Assembly (NCBI GenBank): GCA_012295275.1
Contig: CM022671.1
Coordinates: forward strand, 32,612,001 to 32,676,000
Length of the DNA: 64,000 nucleotides
Direction of reading: 5' to 3'
From: Chrysomallon squamiferum
Lineage: Eukaryota > Animalia > Mollusca
Position 1 is the stretch's first letter; each line of letters begins with the position of its first letter. Positions 52,913-64,000 of this stretch are shown here, piece by piece. The notes under the pieces are model-generated. The model was not told the DNA's origin and did not search any database. It saw only the letters and a program-made list of their open reading frames with translations. The position numbers and the translations under genes were made by a program.

Positions 52913-54379
52913 TTTATTATACTAGATCCTCGTCTCATTTATGAAATACTAGATCCACCAATTTTTTGTAATACTACATACGCCCCCCTTTCTTTAATTC
53001 CAGATCCCCCCTTTCTTTGAAACATCAGATCTGCCTCTGAATGTCGTAAAAACTGGTAGTGGAAGAATCGAGCTTAACGCTTTTTCACTTACAGGAGTAA
53101 TGTGATTGGAAGGCTGAAATTTATGGTAAAGAAGAAAAAAACGTGGTTAACACTCATTGAACAAGCCTAACAGGATTGTTATTTGTTTTTTTTTCAGAAA
53201 TTTTTCATTGGACTTAAAACGAAAAACAGAACACACACACACATTAAAATACAAACTAAACTTACAAACAAACAAACAAACAAACACAAAAACAAACACA
53301 AAGACAAACGCAAAGACAAACGCATAAAATATTAAATATACAGAAAATAAAATAAACCATAACAAAAATAAAACCAACAAAAAAATGAAAAAGAAACCAA
53401 CAACAATAAAAAGTACAATCCATTACAAGTAAAAAAGAAAAGAAAAGAAAAGAAAAGAAAGAAAGAAAAAAAAAATTAAAAATGGAAAAAAAAAAAAAAA
53501 AAAAAAAAAAATGCAACCAACTGACTTTCCACATGAAATTATAGTTGTTTCAGACCGCCCCCCCCCAAAAAAAAAACACCAACAACATATCGCGCATTTC
53601 CATACTGACAGGTAAGCACATACCACGAACTTTGATGAATCGGGCTGTATAGAAAATAAATCAACGAGCGTAACGAGATGGGTTGACCTCGAGACCCTCC
53701 ATGGGTCTCTAACAGCTTTTCATTACTGAATCTTCCTCATTATATATTTTATATTCTACATAGCACGTTGTTATTTGCGAAGCTCAATCAGCGAAACTGA
53801 CTTGTTTGTAATACGTCAAAATCAATAAGCTTATATGACTAGCCACAGTAAATATGTCAAAGTTAGTACCGATATAAATCCATGCAAAATATCTGACTCC
53901 AAACAGTAATATTATGAAGAATTTTGGTAATTTGCAGGAATTACTGGTTTTGTTAAATACTCAAGTATGTCTATGGGCTAATTTAAAGTTGAGACAGTTT
54001 GATTGTTCAAATGGCTATCATTTAAAAAACAGATTTCGTTTCCTTTCCTTGAACAGACTCTGACCGTTAATTTGTGGATTGTTTTCTGTGTTAATTTTCA
54101 GGAATTTTCATAAAACTGTAGTAGTTGTATTAATATTGTGAAAATATTAAGTTCATTGAAATGGAATGTGTTTAATGATACCAGTACAGCTCACTGTTCT
54201 GTCATCGTTAATGTATGTGAAACATTCGAGGAATTCCAATTCACAGTTTGCAGAGAAAACAAGTCGTGTTTTCATACTGACCGTGAAGCTAAGCAATATA
54301 ATACATGACACTGCAAAAATCACCAGACTCTCTTTGAAATTAAGGCTCACTTTGAAACAGTTCAGTGCGCCAGATACAT

Positions 54380-54457
<78 letters not shown>

Positions 54458-54546
54458 TTTCAAACACAATAGAAAAGTCTGTGTAATTTATTTTAAGATG
54501 AAAAGGAGAAAAGAAAAAGAAAGATGAAAAGAAAAAAGAGTGGAAA

Positions 54547-54583
<37 letters not shown>

Positions 54584-55985
54584 CTTAACTCTAGGGAGAA
54601 CAGGAACAAATGAACTTCAAGTTGGTGGATATCTAGAAATGAAGAACTCGCTTGAATAACTAAGCCATAATTACATGAACAACATCAGTACTTATCATTC
54701 GTTCTGCAGACAATCTGATTCTGAAGTTCATTCATGTACTGACAGTCTTCATAAATCTAATAACTGGATTTTCATTTTCTCCTTGTGTCTCTGTCCCTGA
54801 ATGTCTGCCTGTCTTTATAATTACATATAAAGCAGACACGCACACACGTAAGCAGACTTGGTTAGACCTAGCACAATAAACCTTCTGTATTCTTAGCTTT
54901 TAATTAATTTAAGTTTTCTCAGTAATTTTAAGTTATGCAGACCAGTAAATTTTCAGATTAGTCCAATAAAGATATTTTTTTTTTCTCTTTAAGCAGATTG
55001 AATAATTCTAATAAAGTTTAACATAGTGTAAAATAATAATATCACCACAAAGGTTAGATCCCGAATACCATTGTGCCTTACATGGGTTTTTTTTTCTGAG
55101 CTACAGAAACATTGGGATAAACATAACAAAGATTAGAAATATTCTTATTTTTTTGTTATAAAATTATGAACTATGCATTGACTTTATTAAAAAAAGTTTT
55201 GATAATTTTTCAAAACTAAGCCCTGCAGCCTCTTTATTTGGTTTATTGATATAAATCTGCATAAATCATCGGTAATAATTTCATTAGGCTGGCTCAAAAG
55301 AGAGGTTTAATTCTCACTGGATTCTTTACACAACTTGTTTTTAACCCAACTTGTTTAGCTCAGCTGAATACGTGCAGTCTAAATTGGGAAACATCGTACT
55401 GATATATTTTTATATCTCACGTAACAGTCCTTCTATTTTTATATTTATTTTTAAAAAAAGCGCTAGCCATTTAAGGAATTATTTTAAACATTATTGTTAT
55501 GTAAATCGAGTGAAAAGTCTAACTGGTGGAATTAGAAAATAGAAATGATTTATGTTTCCATTTTTCCATACATTTTTAAAAACTTATATATATATATATT
55601 TTATTTTATTATTATTCTTATTATTATTATTCTTATTCTTATTCTTATTCTTATTCTTATTATCATTATTATTATTATTACATTTTTTTTTAAAGAAATT
55701 ATATTCAGTATTATTATTATACAAATCAATTAAGAGATTTAAGTTGTGAAACTGGAAAAATGAAAATTGGAATAGAGTGGTAAACATTAAAATATAATAT
55801 TGTTTTTCTTCCTCTGTGAAAAACAGATAAAATTATTAGTGGTAGAACAAAATATATATGTTTTTAAAATAATTAACAATTTTATATATATGTATGTACT
55901 ACTGCCACTACTACTAAAACTACTACTAGTACCATTGCCATCACATCTATACTACCAGCAACAACGGCAACAACACAACTAATAT

Positions 55986-56017
<32 letters not shown>

Positions 56018-56751
56018 AAAAAATTAATAAATAATAAATAAATGGATAAATAAATGAATGACTAAATTAATAATAAATAAATTAATAAATAAATGAGTGA
56101 CTCAGTAAATGATAAATTAATTAATAAATAAATGAATGAATAAATAAACTGAAAGGCCATCTGGTGGAATATTCACAAAAACAAACAAAAAAATTATTTA
56201 AATGAAATTATCAGTATTTGTACTTAACAACTACAATTCCGTTTGTTACAAAATACATTAAAGAAAAAGAACTAAGACATTATTACTTACCAGCGTTATG
56301 AACCAGTACTTCTAGTAGTCTGTCCTGTACCCACCACTCCTCACAGAGCTGAATCGTTTGGAAAAACCCATCTAAAAATATTTCATAACACGAATTTGTA
56401 TTCTAGAATTTTAAGGGCACAAAAATTCACACTTCAGCTTTTATAACGTTATTAATGGTAAAGCTTGCCCGCAGTTAAACATCATAATGTGTAGACTCAA
56501 AGGCAAAAGTAAAATAAACAATGATATTACTTACTCTATGTAAAAACATGTTTTTTCTCCGTCTATATTTCATGTTTTGGAAAAGCACGCCACAACATAA
56601 AACATTACGACGAATGAAGTTTCTGGGGAAAACCCATCTATAAATATTACAGTCATGCGCAATTTGTATAAATGGGAGATAACAATCTTGCAGAACTTCG
56701 TTTTCGTATCGTTTTTTCCACACCACAAAACTATAAGATCGGTCAGATATT

Positions 56752-56884
<133 letters not shown>

Positions 56885-57174
56885 CACACACACACACACA
56901 AAATGTTCAAAGAAGCTTGTGCTCCCAGCATACAAATAATTATTCCATATTCACTTACATTACCTGTTTAGAAATAATTATAGGAAATATTATTCAGAAA
57001 TTTCTGTTTTCAGCTCGTCATTATTTCTTCTCATCCTTAACTTGATAAACTTCACAAGTTACCAGTAACAACAATAAGAACAACAGTAATAACCGAGCTT
57101 GATGATAATAATAATAACAATGACAACAGTAACAATGATAATGATGGTAAAATAATATAAATATATAAATACAT

Positions 57175-57197
57175 ATGTGTGTATGTGTGTGTGTGTG

Positions 57198-57230
<33 letters not shown>

Positions 57231-57268
57231 CTGTGTATATATATATGTTATATATATGTGTGTGTGTT

Positions 57269-57309
<41 letters not shown>

Positions 57310-57393
57310 GTGTGTGTATGTATATAATATTATATGTGTGTGTGTGTGTTTGTATATATTATATGTGTGTGAGTGTTTGTGTGTGTGTATGTG

Positions 57394-57440
<47 letters not shown>

Positions 57441-57461
57441 GTTATATATATGTGTGTGTGT

Positions 57462-57495
<34 letters not shown>

Positions 57496-57760
57496 GTGTG
57501 TATGTATATAATATTATATGTGTGTGTGTGTTGTTTGTATATATTATATGTGTGTGAGTGTTTGTATATATGTATATATATATATATGTGTGTGTGTGTT
57601 GTGTGTGTGTGTATATATATATGTTATATATATATGTGTGTGTTTTTATATATATATATATATATTATACATATGTGTGTGTATGTATATAATATTATAT
57701 GTGTGTGTGTGTGTTTGTATATATTATATGTGTGTGAGTGTTTGTGTGTGTGTATGTGTA
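57175..57760. repeat. Higher-order repeat (about 180-200 bp x3) built from TA/TG microsatellites
   Basis: Landmark GTATGTATATAATATTATATGTG...TTTGTATATATTATATGTGTGTGAGTGTTTGT recurs three times. Confidence 0.9.
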
Positions 57761-60249
57761 TAAAATACTTTCTAAGATTTCTCAGAAATCATTAAGAAAT
57801 TTATAATGTTTTTCTGTAAGAAAAAAAAAAATGAAGTAATTTAGCATCGTACATCAAACAGGCTTCGACAACGTTTAAAAAGCTTCGTCTTTCAGCAATC
57901 ATCACCCCCCCCTCCATCAGTTCTTTGATTATCTTCCTAGAGATTTCCAATTAGTTTTAGACAACTCGTGCTTCGGGCAACCCTAGAGGTCTTCAGCTAA
58001 TAAATTGGCTCAGTAACTAAATTTATAGACCCGCAATAGAACGACACTAACGGTTAAGACTTGTTTGCATTCCGTCGAATATCAGCCAAACCTTACTTAA
58101 AAAGGTGCCTCTGGTTTTCCGCTATCGATCTGTCTTGTTTTGTTTGATGGTCGTTGGCGATTGCTTGCGGTTCTTCACTAGTACCTGCAGCGCCTCCATT
58201 CTCCTCATTACTGGACCGGTGCCCAACGCTGGTTCGCTTTGACTTCGATTCATCGCATGGCGTTGTGCGTAGTTTCAAAAGCTATGACCACGAGGCAGTT
58301 ACGTTTAGTAGTGAAAGCACTCTCCTCCATTTGAGCATTGTCATATGTTACGGGATTTGGAGATGTGAAGCTTAAACTTAATAACTGCTGTAAATGAAAG
58401 TTCTTTCTTTTTTTTTTCTCTTTTTTTTTTCGTTTCACTTACAAACTTTTATATACTTCCTTTCCACTGAAGATTTTGCTATGCGGAATTGAGGAATCAT
58501 TGACACTCTTTTACACAGACTTCTTGTACGTAAGTTGTTTCATTTATTATTATTATTATTATTTTTTACATTTTGTTTAGAATAAATACACATATAACAG
58601 AATTAACTTTTTTTTACAGCAGGGAATATTAAGGGAAACAACAGGTACTTATTGATTCATGTTTTTTGTTTGTCGAAATTACGGTAAAAGATTGAATTAA
58701 ATAACTTTAGCAAGCTAACTACATAAATAATGAAAGTAGACATGGGTAGAAAAGAAGAAGAAGAAGAAAAAAATAGTACAATATGACTTACCATATTTAT
58801 TTTTTTGTAAAGAAATAAGGCAATCAACATGGCACCTTGTCAAAATTTTTCCTAAGAACTTATTGGTTTCAAAATGTTTGCGCAGATCTAGTGGAGGTAA
58901 GCCTCCAAGAGTAACTAATGCAAATAGCAAGACTATTGTGTTTCACAGACCAAAAAAAAAAAAAAAAAAAACCCACAGAACAACAGATTGTAAATGGAAC
59001 CGACGAATTCGTTTTGAAAGTTACTTTCCTCTCGCAACATTGCTGAGTAATTATCTCCACTTTTCTTAAAGCACCGAGCCGCCCTTCAAGTGGATATTCT
59101 CATTTACACTTCGAAACCAGATTCATTTGAGTGTACGTGTGAAAAAAAAAAAAAAATTCATTAAGCTAGAAACGAAAAACGTGGCTAATTTCAGAATTAG
59201 CAGAGGGTGTGTGGGGGGGTTGAATTCCTATCAGTATTCGAGGATCTGTTTTCCTGCAACAGTAAGGAATATCTTTCCAAAAAGAAGAAGAAAAAAGAAC
59301 GGCAGCAGGTTTCTCACTTATTTAGCTCAGGTCAGACAGGGAAACAACCTGAGACAAACTGACATGTTTCTTGAGATCAATCGATCCCATGACCTGCACC
59401 ACCCCAGACAGATTCATCTTGTCTTTGACGTTAGTCGATATTGGATGGTATTGGAAAGGTAAATGTCATTTCATTGGAATCGTTCTGTTATAAAACTCGC
59501 TGATTGCATTTCTCACACAATTGGTAGAAGACGGGGAGAGAAGAAACGAAAAAGAAGCTAAAACGACCAATGCCCTTACACTTTTTTTTTTTTAAATCTA
59601 TCTATTTATCTCTCTCTGTATCTGTATCTAGATATAAATATAGTTAGAGAGATAGATAGACAGATTTAAAAAAAGATATATATAGTTATAGATATAGACA
59701 GAAATGTAGATATCATTAAACAAATAATCATAGAGTTAAATGTATTTATGTACAAATATTTATATATTCGTTAGTGTGCATTTGTTTTATTTTATTTATC
59801 TATAAAACTATGTTTCCATGCACACAGATATACTGAAAGGATGCTTGAGTAATATGTCATTTTTCTTTCGTTTCATATATATCCTCACAGGCTGTTATTA
59901 GTATTACATATACGTGTATTACAAACAATTTTAGAATAATCAAAACACAATTTTTATAATCCGTAAAATGTGTTGATCGATACTGCAAGCTATCGACGTT
60001 ATCAATATTGCTAAGTGTTTTTTCAAGTTTCTTTACACTTTGTTTGATAAATACAAGGAAAAGCAGAACACTTCCGTGTCTGTGTTTGAAGTTTGTTCAG
60101 TGAGTGAATGTTTAAAGAATGTTACGATATTTTTGTATGATAAAGTATAATCTATAGCAAAATATCTTTAGTTTGAATATTACAGAAAGTTTTAGCACGC
60201 AGGTAGAAGATATTACAGTATCACATTAGACTGTGTGTGGTTATAACCC

Positions 60250-60447
60250 ATTTTGTTCCAGAACACAGCAGAATATAAAAGGCATTAGACTTCTGTTAAT
60301 AAAATACAGAAGTAAAGTTGTTTGATAATTATGATCACGTTAGATAGTGCTTGGTTAGAACAATTTTGTTCCAGAACATCGCAGAATATAAAAGGCATAG
60401 GGCTTTTATTAATAAAACCAAGAAGAAAAGTTGTTTGATAATTATGA
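60250..60447. repeat. Direct repeat of about 85 bp, period 113 bp
   Basis: ATTTTGTTCCAGAACA..GCAGAATATAAAAGGCAT...AAAGTTGTTTGATAATTATGA at 60250 and 60363. Confidence 0.9.
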
Positions 60448-62882
60448 AAAATAAAACCCATTACAGCACGTATTGCTCTTGTCGATTACCATAACGGTAT
60501 CTTTTGTGCATTGTTATGAACATGAAAGCACATACCATATCTTTCTTTATATCCGGTAAGAAACAAAAAAATTTAGACACACCCCGACCTACGTAGATCC
60601 TACTTATACATTTATTCCCATTCTTATTTTTCTAAATTAAATAACTGGTTATTTCTTTGAAGCTCACTGGTAGAAAAACATATTTCACTGCCTTTTCTGA
60701 ACTGGAATGGCACACTGACAGGAACGGGAAAATGGAACTTCGTTTTTTTCTGGCGAGTTCATTGTCCTATTTGTAAAAAGTAAATAATAAATATTTAAAC
60801 ACCCTCGCTTGTGGAATTATCAAACGTATCGTCATATAATTAAGTGTGGGCTGTCAAAAACAATACATCCATCTGTGGCTCCAGAGAGCTTCCGTAGCAC
60901 TGCTGCAATTCATTTTGCCGTCACCTTCCGTCAAGTTAATTCCCGCTGGTGTTAACGTTAACATTTCCCCATTAAAACTGAGAGCAGTATCGTACATTAT
61001 CAACCCTCTGAGCCTGTGGGGATATGAAGCGAATGACACTGCAGTTCGTCTCCGAACAAGGAGATCGGATTCAGCACAGCCCTAAAAGTAGTGTGTGTAT
61101 AGGTGACGTTCAGCCAAAGGCAACCCATGTGTGAATAAGTATGTATCTTTAGGCACTGATGCATATGCAGGAGAATGAGAATGCTGTGACCGTAAATAAA
61201 TAAGAAATGAGCTGGGATCATAATCCTGAGAGATGTTGATAATATCCGTCAGTACCAGAATGGTTTGTTCCATGTGATTGCACACTAGAACTGCTTTGTG
61301 AATTTTATTATTAATTATCTTGGTATAAACTTATCTTAGAAACAGTTTTCCGCGGGTTAGACAGGTCTCGTCATTTGAGTATGTCTGTATTAAACTGAAA
61401 TCTATGTTTACTTTTGTTTTTGTTTTTATAACATATACATTCAGGCATAAACATTTTGAACACATTAGCTATATTGGGAAATTATTAAAACGCTAATGAG
61501 AACCATCATGGTTATACAGCTGAAGATCCTAACTATCCCATCAAGAGAGATCGAGGTTAGTTACAAAATTGATTTTGTAAAAAAGAGAAAAATATTCTGT
61601 TTTGTTGCTGTTTGATCCTAATATCATACAAAAGACAGAACCATGTTAATATGTTAGAATATCTTGTGCTCTGCTACTGACAACAATGTTCGGTTTGTAT
61701 GTTAGAAAACGAGTAAAGGAAAAGATAATTTCTTGTGGCTTGGCGAATAAGCTCATTCATACCAGTCGTTTGTTTCACTAGCGGTGATCTTTAAAGCCAA
61801 TACACTGATACTGACACAACTGTACTTCTACGTTTTATTAACAGAATCCGTTTTATGTTTTGCGTGTTCTATCGCTAGGTGGTTAACCATACACTACATA
61901 AGCTGATATGTAGTATCTTCTAGCCTGCTGCCGTAACTATCTGTATGTAACATTCAGACTCAAGATATTAATTATTTTTATTCTTTATCTCACGACGCAG
62001 TTTATATTCGGAATCAAGCGGTCGAAGGTGAGGAAGCGTTCGCTAAATTCTGCTTACTCGTTTCCTCTTGGATATGATATATTTTCCATCACGCCACCTC
62101 TCTGTTTATGTGAATTCTTAGACACGCCTTCCAACATGTCTTAATCGATTCTGTTTTTCATGCTCGGCTGATGTAGGTTCTTTGATGTGAGTAAACTGCA
62201 GCTATAAATTATATCCATAATAATAAAATCTTCCCTTCTTTTTCTTTTTTTTTAACCCCAAGAAAATCGCCCCTTGTCATGTTTTAACTGGTTCTGTTTT
62301 CGCCGTTGCAGTGAGGTAGGTACCTCAGTATCCGAGCAGACTGCAGCTATAAATTAGTTACCCGATCACGCCTGAGAAGAGTTTTCTCCGGTGTAGCAGT
62401 GTTTCTTCGAAAACACGTTTCGATCCGTTAACGAACAAAACCGCGGTGTACACAAATCAATGTAGGCACAGAATAATAATACAAGAAAAAGAAGAAAAAA
62501 AAGAAAGTTGTTAGCTGATTGGGAGAACAACAACGTAGCGAAAAGAACATTAGAAAAAGCGATGTTCACGTGAAGGCATCAGACCGTATCAGACGTTATT
62601 AACACAAATGTGGATTGATTCTCGCTGAAAAGATCACGTGAAGAACGAAACGTTTAATTCTTAGACACTTTAAAGCACTTGACAACTTGCCAATATCCCC
62701 GACTGAGTCCCGTCGTGCAAATTGGTTTTCGCTTGCATGTGTGCAGTTAATGGAACACACTGTGTACACGAGTCAGCCTAAGGCTGTGTTATTTTCAGAC
62801 TGTTACGATTGATTATCAACTTGTTGTTCGATTTTGCTGAGTGAAACTTCGTTTGGGACAAATGTCAGATAACTGTGACCAT

Positions 62883-63080
62883 ATGGATAATTCTAGAATG
62901 GGAAATATACTTTAGATTATCAAATGAAACTCTTAAGATACGGATAATTCTAAAATGGCGGTTATATTTTAAATTATAAAATAAAATTCTTACGCCATGG
63001 ATAATTATTAAAAGAAAATATATTTCAAATTATCTTACCTCTCGATAAGTCTAAACTGATAGAAACATTTTAGATTATAA
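62883..63080. repeat. Diverged 57-bp tandem repeat, about 3.5 copies
   Basis: GGATAATTCTA.AATG...TATA.TTTA.ATTAT at 62883, 62940, 62997, partial at 63042. Confidence 0.7.
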
Positions 63081-63396
63081 GATAATGTTAAATTGTTCTC
63101 TTGATGGACAAAGTGGTTGCACTGTACAAGAGATATAAAGATAAATGAAATACATGCAGATATAATTCTAATATGTGAAAAAAGAGTTCAGTTTTCATTT
63201 CAATTAATAACATAAGGTAATACATACAGACATTAAAAGACATTAATTTGATATATATAGTTTTACATTTACGGCACTTTGATTACCAAAATTATTTTGT
63301 ACAATTTAGTATTAAATTAGGATTTTCTATAACCAGCACATAATACTGTGTAAAACATTTTTTTTTTTTTATTTTAATTAATATCAGAGACTTTCC

Positions 63397-63483
<87 letters not shown>

Positions 63484-64000
63484 TATATTTTGGTAGATAA
63501 TAATGAATAATTATTTATATGTGTCCCAGTTTATGCTGCGTCTATGTCTGTATTTATCTAGGTTTCTTTCTCTGTTAATGTATTTACACGTGTCTGTTAG
63601 TGTGATATAAGGACAGATGGAAAGACGGATGCATTCATGCGTGGAGTCGTGTTTGGTTTATCTGCATGATGTTGTTTTCATATCACATTTTCTAATAAGT
63701 ATCGAAAGAGTTTATTATTTCTTTTGCTCACATAAACAGCGAAGAGATGAAAAGACAGTTTATCATAATATAATAAGTGGAAAACCACTGAAAAGTTTCC
63801 AAATATCAAAAACATTTCTAATCCGTCAACAAACAATTATTTCAGTACCGTCTACCAGATGGTATTGAAATAGCATTAAAAAAAAAAAAAAAAAAAAAAA
63901 AAATTAAACAAACAAACAAAGAACAGTAAATTTTTCTTTAAAGCAGATCCAATACTTTGGAAAAGTCTTTTTGAAAATCAGCTCTTTGGGTCAGCCCTGG

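Noticed and set aside
52960-53040. AGATCC-containing repeats ending CAGATCTGCCTCTG, like the end of GGGGCGGATCCAG-type MITEs
   Set aside because: One degenerate end only, no TSD
53093-53113. 21-nt candidate minus-strand microexon (tttcag| ... |gtaagtg)
   Set aside because: The same bases form an equally good plus-strand acceptor; cannot be assigned without transcripts
53691-53709. Perfect 7-bp stem GAGACCC-TCCAT-GGGTCTC, possible Helitron 3' hairpin
   Set aside because: No correctly spaced CTRR terminus or 5' TC end identified

Overview
Very AT-rich, microsatellite-dense, intron-containing animal genomic DNA; a mollusc or other lophotrochozoan is likely, but that is inference. Three protein-coding genes can be reconstructed by hand with consistent splice phases. 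(1) Methylcrotonoyl-CoA carboxylase alpha subunit MCCC1: minus strand, 17 coding exons, 6155-16754, about 717 aa. (2) Nucleoredoxin NXN, head-to-head with MCCC1: plus strand, 7 coding exons, 20404-45141, about 417 aa, with two intact WCPPC sites, a GC-AG intron and a 1.1-kb AG-free minisatellite before the last exon. (3) An IAP-family BIR+RING gene convergent with NXN: intronless CDS, minus strand, 49805-50596, with atypical BIR and RING residues. Also present: the probable 5' end of an unidentified minus-strand gene at the left edge, a chain of orphan minus-strand exons at 56.3-58.4 kb, a stop-interrupted coding-like relic near 61 kb, several old hAT-type MITEs in MCCC1 introns, many mini/microsatellites and candidate regulatory sites. 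No rRNA, tRNA, CRISPR or autonomous transposon was recognised, and I did not find a clearly new multi-gene system. Most short ORFs in the track are microsatellite artefacts.
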